From Candidatus Poribacteria bacterium (GTDB taxonomy: Bacteria; Poribacteria; WGA-4E; WGA-3G), in contig CAXXUA010000014.1 of assembly GCA_963663765.2 (NCBI GenBank), forward strand, positions 1-34,304: a DNA stretch of 34,304 nt. The letters run 5' to 3'. A model generated the notes under the pieces. The model was not told the DNA's origin and did no database searches. It saw only the letters and a program-made list of their open reading frames with translations. Position 1 is the first letter of the stretch, and each line of letters opens with the position of its first letter. Position numbers and translations under genes: made by a program. Below are positions 7,326-17,363 of the stretch, piece after piece.

Positions 7326-8780
7326 ATGTCTATAAAAACTCCGAATATCCTATGGATATGTACTGACCAGCAACGTTATGATACAATTGGTGCGCTTGGC
7401 AATCCGTTCGTATCAACACCGAATATTGATAGTTTGGTTACTGAGGGTGTTGCATTCACACATGCGTTTTGTCAAAGTCCGATATGCACTCCGAGTCGTT
7501 CAAGTTTTTTAACAGGCATGTATCCAAGTGCAACGCATGTTAATTATAACGGTAATGCTTACTATCCAGAGACGTACCCACTAATAACGCGTACACTTGC
7601 GGATATTGGTTACGATTGTGGTCTAATTGGGAAGCTTCATCTGGCGAGTGCTTATGGCAAAGCGGAACCTCGTGCAAATGACGGTTATCGCTATTGGCAA
7701 TATAGTCATGCGCCAAGAGATGATTGGCAGGAGGGACACGACTATGCTGATTGGGTGCGTTCAAAAGGATATATACTTGGTGAGTTGATCCAGGATCCAG
7801 CAGGTGTCCCTGCAGATTTACACCAAACCACTTGGTGTGCGGAAAAGACGATTGAGTTCATTCTTGAGGAACGAGATATACCTTGGCTTGCGAGTGTGAA
7901 TATCTATGACCCGCACCCACCGTTTAATCCACCACAATCTTATAGGGAACAGTTTAATCCTGAAGACATGCCCGATCCTCTTTTCATGGATAGTGATTTA
8001 GAACAACAGGAAAGATTAGGTCAGATTGATTTTCAGTCTAAAGTTCGAACACCTGATGAATTGGACATTCGAAATCCGATTTTGCCGCGCCCTCCACGTC
8101 GTGATGGAGAACCGGTAGTTGTCGGTGAAAGGGATGCGAAGACGCTTATTGCGGCATATTATGCTATGATTAAACAGATTGACGATCAGTTAGGACGGAT
8201 TCTGGAAGTTCTATCGGAAATAGGACAACGTGAAAACACCGTGATTATCTTAACAAGTGATCACGGAGAGACACTCGGTGATCATGGACTCATACAAAAA
8301 GGGTGTCGTTTCTATGAAGGATTGGTTAGAGTGCCGTTGATTTTCTCTTTACCTGGGCAGTTTGTTGGTGGTTTAAAGAGTGATGCGCTTGTTGAATTGA
8401 TTGACAAAACACCAACACTTTTGGAATTAGCAGGTCTGCCGATTCCAAAACAGATGCACGGACGTTCATTGTTACCGATCCTACGTGGTGAAGCAGATCC
8501 AAACCATCATCGTGACTTTGTTCGGTGTGAATACTATGACGCGATTAATATGCGCGACCACACATTCGCAACAATGTACCGAGATAAGCGATACAAATTA
8601 GTCGTATATCACGGACACGAGGAGGGAGAACTCTACGATTTAGTGGACGATCCTGATGAGTTCAATAATTTATGGTTCGCGTCTGACAAGCAGGACATAA
8701 AAATGGATCTGTTAAAACAGAGTTTTGATGCGTCTATGTTTGCTATGGATAGAGGTCCTGAACGTGTGGGGCCGATGTGA
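7326..8780 (+). CDS. Formylglycine-dependent sulfatase-family hydrolase
   Basis: Motifs PNILWICTDQQR, CTPSRSSFLTG (CxPxR), GKLHL and TSDHGE. No signal peptide is visible. Confidence 0.95.
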   Translation: MSIKTPNILWICTDQQRYDTIGALGNPFVSTPNIDSLVTEGVAFTHAFCQSPICTPSRSSFLTGMYPSATHVNYNGNAYYPETYPLITRTLADIGYDCGLIGKLHLASAYGKAEPRANDGYRYWQYSHAPRDDWQEGHDYADWVRSKGYILGELIQDPAGVPADLHQTTWCAEKTIEFILEERDIPWLASVNIYDPHPPFNPPQSYREQFNPEDMPDPLFMDSDLEQQERLGQIDFQSKVRTPDELDIRNPILPRPPRRDGEPVVVGERDAKTLIAAYYAMIKQIDDQLGRILEVLSEIGQRENTVIILTSDHGETLGDHGLIQKGCRFYEGLVRVPLIFSLPGQFVGGLKSDALVELIDKTPTLLELAGLPIPKQMHGRSLLPILRGEADPNHHRDFVRCEYYDAINMRDHTFATMYRDKRYKLVVYHGHEEGELYDLVDDPDEFNNLWFASDKQDIKMDLLKQSFDASMFAMDRGPERVGPM

Positions 8781-8878
8781 TAGACCGATGTGATAGAATC
8801 AATCAAAAATTTGTTGCTTATTTTGTAAAAAGCGTGGCAATTGGGATATTCAATCACTCACAATTATCAGGAAAGAAT

Positions 8879-9700
8879 ATGTATAGAAAATTTGTATTTT
8901 ACTTGACATTAATGTTAATATATGGTTTAAATATAGGAAATGCTGCGGTAGAATTGGGATTTGTGTATCTTGGTGATGACGGTCCATTTACTGCACCTGC
9001 ACTGGAATTCGCAAAGGAAAACTACACTACAACGCAATTGACAAAAAACGACTTGAAGAGTACGACGTTCAAAAGGTTTGCTGTTGTGTGGTGGCACGAA
9101 GGGGATACTGATCCTGGTGCTTTATCTAATGCTGAAATTGATGCATTTTTGGATTACGCAGAGAGTGGCGGTGCAGTGCTGTTGACAGGATGGGCAATTC
9201 GTTATGCTACACCGATGGGACTTGAAGATGTTGAAGCACGTCAATTTGGTCCTGAATTAGACGATGGACAAAATGTTGGCATTACCGTTCTCCAAGAGAC
9301 GGTTGACCATAAATTAGTTAACGGACTTAAGAATATTGATGGGGAAACACCAAAACTCGGTGATAGGATACAGATCAATTCAACAGGGTTTCCAAAAAGT
9401 GGCGACTATCACGACAAGATTTGGAAGAACTTTATTACACTTGCCAATGCTTGGGGTCCACCAGAAAGCGATTGGGGTGATACTATTGCTGCATTCGGTT
9501 ATTGGAAAGCAGGTAACGGGAAGGTGTTTAATATGAATTGGCGACTTCCGAACTTTCACGAAAATAATCAAGATATTGAACAGTTAGAACAACTCACAGA
9601 GAATGTGATCAATTGGTTAGCGAGTGAATCGGCATATTTAGATGTCTCTTCACACGGTAAATTGCCAATAGTGTGGGGAAAATTAAAAAATCAGAGGTAA
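8879..9700 (+). CDS. Secreted hypothetical protein (class I GATase-like/DUF4960-like fold suspected) with C-terminal GKLPIVWGKLK tail
   Basis: ATG 8879 follows AGGAAAG and gives a signal peptide; the ORF track starts at 8777. The protein contains AVVWWH...FLDYAESGGAVLLTG. Confidence 0.7.
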   Translation: MYRKFVFYLTLMLIYGLNIGNAAVELGFVYLGDDGPFTAPALEFAKENYTTTQLTKNDLKSTTFKRFAVVWWHEGDTDPGALSNAEIDAFLDYAESGGAVLLTGWAIRYATPMGLEDVEARQFGPELDDGQNVGITVLQETVDHKLVNGLKNIDGETPKLGDRIQINSTGFPKSGDYHDKIWKNFITLANAWGPPESDWGDTIAAFGYWKAGNGKVFNMNWRLPNFHENNQDIEQLEQLTENVINWLASESAYLDVSSHGKLPIVWGKLKNQR

Positions 9701-9784
9701 TAAAATCTATAATTACACGTTAATATAAGGTGAATAGGCGGATTATTCCGTATAAATTAGTTTCATATCACATTGGAGGTATAT

Positions 9785-12262
9785 GTGGAACTCAGGTTTA
9801 ACTTGGTTGTTTTGCTGCTTATTGCGTTTCTTTTCTGTTTCGGATTTCAGCATTCAAGCTGGAGTGAGATGGATGAGGCAGCACCGAGTATAGAAGTGCC
9901 GAAAATATCAGCGTTGAAGATTCATCCAGAGTCATTGACGTTGGAGCATGCGCGTGATGGTAGGCGTGTGCTGGTTTCGGGACAAACAAAAGATGGAAAA
10001 TGGGTAGATGTGACATCTTGGGCTGTGCTAAAACCGACTACAGACGGTGTGAAAGTGCATGAAGATGGCTATATCTTTCCTGAAAAAGTAGGTACAACAA
10101 AAATTGCAGTATTGGTAGAGGGTGTTAGCACAGAGTTACCGGTGATCGTGAAAAGCGTAGATGCACCGTCGGTCAGTTTTGTGCGGGATGTCATGCCGAT
10201 CATAAGCCATGCGGGTTGTAACAACGGGACGTGTCATGGTTCTGCAAAAGGCAAAAATGGATTCAAACTTTCACTTCGTGGTTACGATCCGGAGTTTGAC
10301 TACGAACTTTTGATAGAAGATATTTCTGGTCGACGTTTTAATCGGGCATTTCCAGAGCAGAGTCTCATGCTGCTCAAACCGACATCCGAAGTGCCGCACA
10401 AAGGTGGTCAGGTGGTTGTGCCAGATTCGCGCGATTATAAGCTGATTCATCAGTGGATCAGCGAAGGTGTTGCTTCTGATGTAGGAACAACCCGACGTGT
10501 GGAAAGGTTAGAAGTGTTCCCCGATTCTGCGGAATTGTCAATACCGGGCATGAAACAGCAATTGTTGGTCATCGCACACTATCCTGATGGAACTACCCGT
10601 GATGTTACGCGTGAAGCAAAATTCACCAGTAGTGTAAGTGAAGTTGGAAAAGTAACTGATGATGGTGTTGTGACTGCGGAACGGCGTGGTGAAACCGCTA
10701 TCCTCACTCGATATGAGGGAAAGTACAGCACAAACGGCATTATCGTCATGGGTGACCGTAGTGGTTATAAGTGGGTGGAAACCCCTGAATACAACTATAT
10801 AGACACACACGTCCATAACAAACTAAAACGATTGAAGATTTTACCTTCAGAACTGAGTACGGACGAGGAGTTTATCCGGCGTATTTACTTTGATATGACA
10901 GGACTTCCACCGAATCCTGAGCAGGTGCGGTCTTTTCTCTCTGATAAGACACCATCCAAGGAGAAACGAGAACAACTCATTGATGTGTTGGCAGAATCAC
11001 CTGAATATGTTGATAATTGGACACACAAATGGGGGGATTTACTGCAATCGAACCGTAAATTTCTTGGTGAGCGCGGTATGTGGCTTTTCAAGCAGTGGAT
11101 ATATGAGTCAATTGCCGATAATCGTCCGTATGATAAATTTGTGCATGATTTGATTACTGCGACTGGGAGTGTTTATACTAATCCGGCAGCGAACTATTTT
11201 CGTGTTTCTCGCGAATATACGGCTGCAGTGGAAAACACGACGCAGCTTTTCCTTGGTGTGCGGTTCTCCTGTAATAAGTGCCATGATCATCCGTTTGAAG
11301 TATGGACTCAGAATCAATATTATGAGTTTGGTGCATTTTTTTCCGATGTAAAGCTGAAAAACGGTAGGTTGCCGGGTGAGGAGGTCGTATACGCGAGTTT
11401 CACACCGACACCTGTTCAACATCCGCGGACGTTAGCAGTTGTGCCCGCAGCCGTTCCGTTTGGGGAAACGAAGAAAGACACTGCGGATAAACGTGAAGCA
11501 CTTGCGGAATGGTTGACATCAAAAGAGAATCCGATGTTTGCTAAAGCAGGGGTGAACCGAATCTGGAGTTATTTCATGGGACGTGGTATCATTGACCCTG
11601 TTGATGATATTCGGTCAAGTAACCCCCCCAGTAATCCGGAATTGCTGGATGCACTGACGAAAGATTTTGTAGACAATGGGTTTGATATAAAACATATCAT
11701 GAAAACGATTGCCCGTTCTCGTACTTACCAACAGAGTATCAAGACGAATGAATGGAACAAAGAGGATACGATTAATTTCTCACATGCAATTGCGCGACGT
11801 CTGACAGCGGAACAGTTGTTAGATGCGATCGGTGTTGCTACGGGAAGTCAACCGAAGTTTCAGGGTGTGCCGAAAAACTTGCGTGCCGTTCAATTACCGG
11901 ACAGCAAAGTTAAGGATGATGGATTTTTGAAGTTATTTGGTCGTCCTGAACGTGAGAGTTCTTGTGAATGTGAAAGAACAACAGAAGTTAGCCTTGCTCA
12001 TGCAATGAACCTTATTAACGGACCGACGGTTGCCGATGCGATTATTGACCCGAACGGTCGGATTGCTAAACTCCTGAAAGAGAACAAGGAAGATCGTTTG
12101 CTTGTTGAGGAGTTATATCTTGCGACATTTGCTCGGTTTCCGCAGAAAAACGAATATACGATAGCGATTGAACATCTTGGCAGTGCTGAATCTAAAGAGG
12201 AAGGCGTGCAAGATTTGATGTGGGCATTGATCAATAGTCCTGCATTCCTTTTCAATCGTTAA
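9785..12262 (+). CDS. DUF1549/DUF1553 (PSCyt2/PSD1) protein with Ig-like domains
   Basis: Motifs include GCNNGTCHG...GFKLSLRG, EFIRRIYFDMTGLPP, CNKCHDHPF, VNRIWSYFMGRG...PSNPELLDAL, FGRPERESSCECER and SPAFLFNR. GTG 9785 follows GGAGGT; the ORF track starts at 9773. Confidence 0.92.
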   Translation: MELRFNLVVLLLIAFLFCFGFQHSSWSEMDEAAPSIEVPKISALKIHPESLTLEHARDGRRVLVSGQTKDGKWVDVTSWAVLKPTTDGVKVHEDGYIFPEKVGTTKIAVLVEGVSTELPVIVKSVDAPSVSFVRDVMPIISHAGCNNGTCHGSAKGKNGFKLSLRGYDPEFDYELLIEDISGRRFNRAFPEQSLMLLKPTSEVPHKGGQVVVPDSRDYKLIHQWISEGVASDVGTTRRVERLEVFPDSAELSIPGMKQQLLVIAHYPDGTTRDVTREAKFTSSVSEVGKVTDDGVVTAERRGETAILTRYEGKYSTNGIIVMGDRSGYKWVETPEYNYIDTHVHNKLKRLKILPSELSTDEEFIRRIYFDMTGLPPNPEQVRSFLSDKTPSKEKREQLIDVLAESPEYVDNWTHKWGDLLQSNRKFLGERGMWLFKQWIYESIADNRPYDKFVHDLITATGSVYTNPAANYFRVSREYTAAVENTTQLFLGVRFSCNKCHDHPFEVWTQNQYYEFGAFFSDVKLKNGRLPGEEVVYASFTPTPVQHPRTLAVVPAAVPFGETKKDTADKREALAEWLTSKENPMFAKAGVNRIWSYFMGRGIIDPVDDIRSSNPPSNPELLDALTKDFVDNGFDIKHIMKTIARSRTYQQSIKTNEWNKEDTINFSHAIARRLTAEQLLDAIGVATGSQPKFQGVPKNLRAVQLPDSKVKDDGFLKLFGRPERESSCECERTTEVSLAHAMNLINGPTVADAIIDPNGRIAKLLKENKEDRLLVEELYLATFARFPQKNEYTIAIEHLGSAESKEEGVQDLMWALINSPAFLFNR

Positions 12263-12321
12263 ACCTGCTATAAAATTGTGCTGTTATGAAATCAGCACAA
12301 TCAAAATGGAGGAAATTATTG

Positions 12322-13767
12322 ATGATATCGTTACCACAAGCACCCGGAAGATTATGTGATGGGTTCTCACGTAGAGAGTTTCTCCGCGTGGGTGGCGCAG
12401 CGATGCTGGGCATTAGCCTACCACAAGTATTGTCACTCAAAGCTAATGCGAGTACGACAGTTGAACCCGCGAAGGCTCTCAACGGATGGGGCAAAGCGGA
12501 TTCTGTCATTCTGCTTTTCTTACAAGGCGGACCGAGTCACATTGACATCTGGGATCCAAAACCGGATGCGCCTTCTAATATCCGTGGTGAATTTAACCCG
12601 ATACCAACGAATGTTCCTGGCATTCAGTTGTCAGAGACGATGCCGCGTTTGGCAAAACAGATGGACAAAGCATGTCTTATCCGTTCAGTAAGTTATACGC
12701 CTGCTGGTCTTTTCAATCACACCGCAGCGATGTATCAGATGGTTACTGGTGAGACACCGGACAAGGTTGCGCCTTCTGGGCAGCTGGATCCACCTTCACC
12801 TGCAGATCATCCGAATGCTGCTGCACACATTGCGAAGTTCCGACCACCAGATGAACCGATGTTGGCAGCAGTCCAACTCCCGCGCCCGATGCAGGAAAGT
12901 AATATTATCGGTAAAGGTGGCAATGCGGGGTTCCTCGGCAGAGCGTATGACCCGTATTTTCTCTTTCAAGATCCGAATAAAGAGATAAAACTTGATGATT
13001 TGAAACTCCGTCCGGAAGTGCCGCCGATGCGCTTGCAGCGTCGTAAGTCACTGCTTGAAACGATCAACGCCAATATGCCTGAAATTGATAAAGTCGCAGA
13101 ATCTTACGCACTGAATGAATACTATGAAAAAGCGTATAACCTGATTTTATCCCAGAAGGCGCGTAATGCGTTTGATTTGTCGCAGGAAAAGAATGAATTG
13201 CGTGACAAGTATGGTCGACATACATTTGGTCAGAGCGCGCTCCTTGCCCGTCGTTTAGTTGAATCGGGTACGCGATTTGTCCAAGTGAACTGGCCCTCAG
13301 TGGCAAACGGCAATCCGAATGATACTGCATGGGATACACACGCAGCGAATTTCGGACCACTGAAAAACCTTCATTGTCCTAAGTTAGATAGTGCAGTTTC
13401 TTCGCTGCTTGAGGATTTGGATCAACGCGGCATGTTAGAGAGCACGCTTGTGCTTGCTATTGGAGAATTTGGTCGTTCACCACGCATGGGTGTTAGCACG
13501 TCTGGCAATGGTAACGCTCCTGATGGACGTGATCACTGGCCGTATTGCTACACAGGTTTGATTGCTGGTGCGGGCGTACAAGGTGGTCAGGTTTACGGTA
13601 AGTCTGATGCTACGGGTTCAACACCGCTTGAAAAACCTGTCCATCCGCGCGATATCCTCGCTACGATTTACCATACTCTTGGTATTGATCCACACACTAT
13701 TGTGATGAATCATTTAGATCAACCGCGTGAATTGGTCAAGGGTGAAGTGATTACGGGGATATTTTAA
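12322..13767 (+). CDS. DUF1501 family protein, Tat-exported
   Basis: It has the twin-arginine SRREFLRVG plus LQGGPSHIDIWDPKP, WDTH, GEFGRSP and GRDHWP. ATG 12322 follows GGAGG; the ORF track starts at 12286. Confidence 0.93.
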   Translation: MISLPQAPGRLCDGFSRREFLRVGGAAMLGISLPQVLSLKANASTTVEPAKALNGWGKADSVILLFLQGGPSHIDIWDPKPDAPSNIRGEFNPIPTNVPGIQLSETMPRLAKQMDKACLIRSVSYTPAGLFNHTAAMYQMVTGETPDKVAPSGQLDPPSPADHPNAAAHIAKFRPPDEPMLAAVQLPRPMQESNIIGKGGNAGFLGRAYDPYFLFQDPNKEIKLDDLKLRPEVPPMRLQRRKSLLETINANMPEIDKVAESYALNEYYEKAYNLILSQKARNAFDLSQEKNELRDKYGRHTFGQSALLARRLVESGTRFVQVNWPSVANGNPNDTAWDTHAANFGPLKNLHCPKLDSAVSSLLEDLDQRGMLESTLVLAIGEFGRSPRMGVSTSGNGNAPDGRDHWPYCYTGLIAGAGVQGGQVYGKSDATGSTPLEKPVHPRDILATIYHTLGIDPHTIVMNHLDQPRELVKGEVITGIF

Positions 13768-13783
13768 CTCAACCTTAATTCAG

Positions 13784-13823
13784 AAGTCTACACTTGCAAA
13801 TTAGGTTCAAGTGTAGACTTTCT
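13784..13823 (+). terminator. Terminator-like hairpin
   Basis: A perfect 13-bp stem AAGTCTACACTTG/CAAGTGTAGACTT lies directly after the DUF1501 gene. Confidence 0.6.
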
Positions 13824-14066
13824 AATATAATTGAGAGTGTTCATAATTCACCATCAATTGTACCATTCATTGATTTATACTTGTAGGTACTGATCGGATG
13901 TGTAAAATTTTTTTATTCTTGTCTGAACCAGGATTTTCAGGATTATTAGATTTCCAGGATTACCTTATCAAGGGATTATGATACACATTGAGTTGCATTC
14001 TGTAGGAACAACCTTTTGGATTCGATCAAGAGGTCGTCCTACTACATTCCTCAGCTAATGATAAAT

Positions 14067-14217
14067 TATACCAATTCTAATTATTTTTATACCATTCTTC
14101 TGTAGGTCGGGTAGAGGCACGAAACCCGACATGTATTGATTGTGGTTATATCATGTCGGGTTTCGTGCCTCTACCCGACCTACGAAAAAAGGTAAATTAT
14201 AAAGTAGAAATGGTATA
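14067..14217. mobile_element. MITE-like element enclosing a perfect REP doublet
   Basis: The ends are TATACCAATTCTA and TAGAAATGGTATA. Inside is a perfect 32-bp inverted repeat GTAGGTCGGGTAGAGGCACGAAACCCGACATG (14102-14133 and 14152-14183). Confidence 0.8.
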
Positions 14218-14257
14218 AGAATATCCACATTTCATAAGAAAAAATAATTAATTAATT

Positions 14258-14681
14258 CAGGACTTACGCAGTTTTCATGATCCAATCAAGAATTAAGACG
14301 AAAACGATGTAATTTTCAGCATTTTTTCGGTTTCCGGCGCGCTTACAAAGCACGCCTACCGTTGGGTGCGTAAGTCCTGTTAATTATTGAAATTAAGTCT
14401 CATACAGTCAGGACTTACGCAGTTTTCATGATTTGATGAAGAATTAAGACGAAAATGGTGTAATTTTCAGCATTTTTTCGGTTTCCGGCGCGCTTACAAA
14501 GCACGCCTACCATTGGGTGCGTAAGTCCTGTTAATTATTGAAATTAAGTCTCATACAGTCAGGACTTACGCAGTTTTCATGATTTGATGAAGAATTAAGA
14601 CGAAAACGATGTAATTTTCAGCATTTTTTCGGTTTCCGGCGCGCTTACAAAGCACGCCTACCGTTGGGTGCGTAAGTCCTG
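14258..14681. mobile_element. Three tandem 122-bp MITEs (151-bp period) with 13-bp terminal inverted repeats CAGGACTTACGCA/TGCGTAAGTCCTG
   Basis: Copies lie at 14258-14379, 14409-14530 and 14560-14681 with identical 29-bp linkers. Each carries GGCGCGCTTACAAAGCACGCCTAC. Confidence 0.92.
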
Positions 14682-14774
14682 TTGAAATTAAGTCTTATAC
14701 AGTTAAAAAACTGCACTTGCACAAGAGGTAATCTATATATGCCTGAGATGTTATTTTGTAAACAAGGGAATATT

Positions 14775-17228
14775 ATGAAGAACCGATCGCAACATTTTTT
14801 TATTCAGATAGTGCTAACCCTCTTATTCGTTGTTGGCATAGCACATGCCCAAGTTTCACCGCAGCTAACGAGTATATCTCCGCGTGCAGCACAACGCGGG
14901 CAAACGATTGAAGTAATATTAGTTGGAAAAAACATCAACGAAAACGCGAAGATATGGTTTAATAAGCAAGGTATAAAAGCGACAATAAAGCAAAAGTCTC
15001 CAGTAGCGACCGTTCGTTTTAACGGTTCAGGTATCTCTGCGAATATTCCAAACGATCCACGACTAATTCTTTCCTTTGAAATTGCCCCTGATGCGTCATT
15101 GGGGACCCATCAAATCCGTCTAATCACTCCCAACGGTGTTTCCAACCCACAAAACTTCATCGTTGGCGACCTTCCTGAGATGAACGAGAAGGAACCCAAT
15201 TCCACGTCTGCTGAAGCACAGGTAATTGAATTACCCGCCACTGTTAATGGTGCTGTTACGTCTATTGAGGATGTGGACATATTCCATTTTACACTGCGGA
15301 AAGGTGCGCGCCTAATTTGCGACATCAGTGCACAACGTATGGGGTCGGCTTTAGATTCTCACCTTGTTTTATATGATCCAAGTGGTAAAGAGGTAGCAAA
15401 AAGTCTGGATGGAAACGGACTGGACTCATTCATTGATTATTCAACGCAACAAGCAGGGGAGTATTCACTTCACCTGCGCGATGTGCGTTTTCAAGGCAGT
15501 GGCAATCATCGCTATCGGTTGAATATTGGGGAATTACCTTATCTTCAAGTTGTGTTTCCACTTGGTGGAAAACGGGGTGCTGCGAACAGTATCAACGTTG
15601 CTGGTGCAAATTTGGGGTCTGTGAATGCCATACAACTTGACATTTCAGCTGATGCGACACTTGGGATTCAAGAATTGCGCGTCAACACACCGAATGGTTT
15701 GGAAACAAACGCTTACCCTTTCGCTATCGGTGAGTTTAACGAGACGGTTGAAAAAGAACCTAACAATGGTCTAAACCAAGAAAACAAAATCGGCACGCCG
15801 ATCACAGTAAATGGTAGGATTGAGAAAGCGGGTGATGTAGATAGGTATTCAATTACGGTTGCTAAAGGTGCAAGTTTTATTTTTGAAGTGAAAGCTCGTG
15901 AGTTTCGATCAGAGTTGGATCCTGTATTGACTCTGTACTCACACAAAAAAGGAGCTGCAGAGGGTAGCGTTGAGGAACAGGTTTTACGAGTGAATGACGA
16001 TGCAAGTGGTGTTGATGCGCGTATTGGATTTGCGTTTCCTGAAGCAGGGAATTATGGAATCTCCGTGCGTGACCTCAATAGTGCTGGTGGTGGAAATTTT
16101 CCTTACAGACTAACCATCCGTCCATTGAAACCTGATTTTCGTTTGAATGCAGGTACAGATAATGTGCGTGTCAGTCAAGGTGGTACGTTCATGACGACAG
16201 TCTCAGTCGCGAGGATAGATGGGTTTAATGGTGCGCTCCGTTTCTATTCCCCGGATCTTCCCAAGGGTTTTGTGGTAAATCCGACAATTCTTTTTGCAGG
16301 TCAAAATCAAGCATTATTGACAATAACTGCGCCGACAGATGCTCCACTTGGTCTGCACACATTTTCCATCGTTGGCGTAGGTGCTATTGGTGGCAATCGG
16401 ATAGAGGCGACTGCATCTCCACAGAAAATATTTCTGACAGTGCTGGAAACACCGCCATTTACACTCTCATTTGCTGATGTTAGCGTGAGTGTGGTTCACA
16501 ACAAGTCTACAAGTTTCCATGTTATTGCTGATCGAAGAGACGGTTTCAATGGACCGATTAGTTTGTCTGTACAAAGCATGCCTGCTCGTATTTCAGGTGG
16601 AAAAGCCACAATTCCTGCGGGACAAAATAGTGCTGTGATTTCACTACGCGCAGGTACCGTGGAACGCCGCGAACAATTTTCTGTTGTTCCCACACCTGGC
16701 ACGAGTTATATCTCGGTAAGTGGTACTGCAAATTTCAATCGTGAAACCTATACAGAAGTATCCCCAGTAATTCCCCTTACAGTTGTTGAAGCACCGTATA
16801 TTGTTACGATTGAACCCTTGAGATTTAGCATAGTATTCCCAAAGGCAGCAAATGTAACTGAACCTGTAGCGGCAGCAGCTGAAGGCGAAACCGTTGCAGT
16901 CTCAGAACCCAGTCCATCGGAAAATCCAGAAACAGAGAAAGCAAAACAGAGCGAACCGATTAAGAAGACTGCTAAACTTACAATAAGCATTGTTCGAACA
17001 GGGAGTTTTACAGATATAGTGACCATTACTCCGATAACGGTGCCTGAAGGTATTACGATACCTACTGCAACAATTCCTATCAACGAGAACGAAATTGAGG
17101 TGGAACTTGAAGCACTTGATACGCTTGAAGCAAAAACACATCAAATGAGGTTCCGTGCTACTGCCGTTATCAACGGTAGACCCTTTACACAGGATAGTCC
17201 TGTCATCAATGTGAAGATAATTCGTTAG
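14775..17228 (+). CDS. Secreted PPC (pre-peptidase C-terminal)/Ig-like repeat protein of planctomycete DUF1549-DUF1501 clusters
   Basis: ATG 14775 gives a signal peptide (the ORF track starts at 14682). There are two EKEPN...TVNG...DVD.F...LD..L.LY modules and VFPLGGKRG. No protease domain is recognisable. Confidence 0.85.
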   Translation: MKNRSQHFFIQIVLTLLFVVGIAHAQVSPQLTSISPRAAQRGQTIEVILVGKNINENAKIWFNKQGIKATIKQKSPVATVRFNGSGISANIPNDPRLILSFEIAPDASLGTHQIRLITPNGVSNPQNFIVGDLPEMNEKEPNSTSAEAQVIELPATVNGAVTSIEDVDIFHFTLRKGARLICDISAQRMGSALDSHLVLYDPSGKEVAKSLDGNGLDSFIDYSTQQAGEYSLHLRDVRFQGSGNHRYRLNIGELPYLQVVFPLGGKRGAANSINVAGANLGSVNAIQLDISADATLGIQELRVNTPNGLETNAYPFAIGEFNETVEKEPNNGLNQENKIGTPITVNGRIEKAGDVDRYSITVAKGASFIFEVKAREFRSELDPVLTLYSHKKGAAEGSVEEQVLRVNDDASGVDARIGFAFPEAGNYGISVRDLNSAGGGNFPYRLTIRPLKPDFRLNAGTDNVRVSQGGTFMTTVSVARIDGFNGALRFYSPDLPKGFVVNPTILFAGQNQALLTITAPTDAPLGLHTFSIVGVGAIGGNRIEATASPQKIFLTVLETPPFTLSFADVSVSVVHNKSTSFHVIADRRDGFNGPISLSVQSMPARISGGKATIPAGQNSAVISLRAGTVERREQFSVVPTPGTSYISVSGTANFNRETYTEVSPVIPLTVVEAPYIVTIEPLRFSIVFPKAANVTEPVAAAAEGETVAVSEPSPSENPETEKAKQSEPIKKTAKLTISIVRTGSFTDIVTITPITVPEGITIPTATIPINENEIEVELEALDTLEAKTHQMRFRATAVINGRPFTQDSPVINVKIIR

Positions 17229-17291
17229 GTGTTTTTACCCCTCAATATTCACGGATATCCGTGATATAGTAATTTTAAGACGTCAAATTTC

Positions 17292-17320
17292 ATGCAAAGA
17301 ATCGTATATTGTGATATACT
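17292..17320 (+). promoter_or_regulatory. Sigma70 promoter of the respiratory cluster
   Basis: ATGCAA-17 nt-TATACT with a TGn extension, 43 nt before the Rieske start. Confidence 0.5.
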
Positions 17321-17363
17321 TTTACAAAATAAAAAAGCGAATTGAAATTAGGGAGTATAAGTA

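Noticed and set aside
8778-8783. Read-through of the sulfatase TGA
   Set aside because: It is immediately followed by TAG, and the protein looks complete.
13918-14047. Short CAGGATT repeats and a degenerate GTAGGA...TCCTAC pair
   Set aside because: They are probably decayed repeat debris and too degenerate to delimit.
14258-14681. CRISPR-like or ncRNA array
   Set aside because: The units are whole elements bounded by terminal inverted repeats with identical linkers, and single copies occur at 1666 and 23500.
14682-14774. Upstream starts in the ORF track (also 8777, 12286, 23036)
   Set aside because: They extend into repeats or intergenic DNA. Downstream starts give better RBS or signal peptides.
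17309-17327. Rex-like operator TTGTGA-N7-TTACAA
   Set aside because: The spacing is one base longer than the Rex consensus, and the motif is explained by the extended -10 box.
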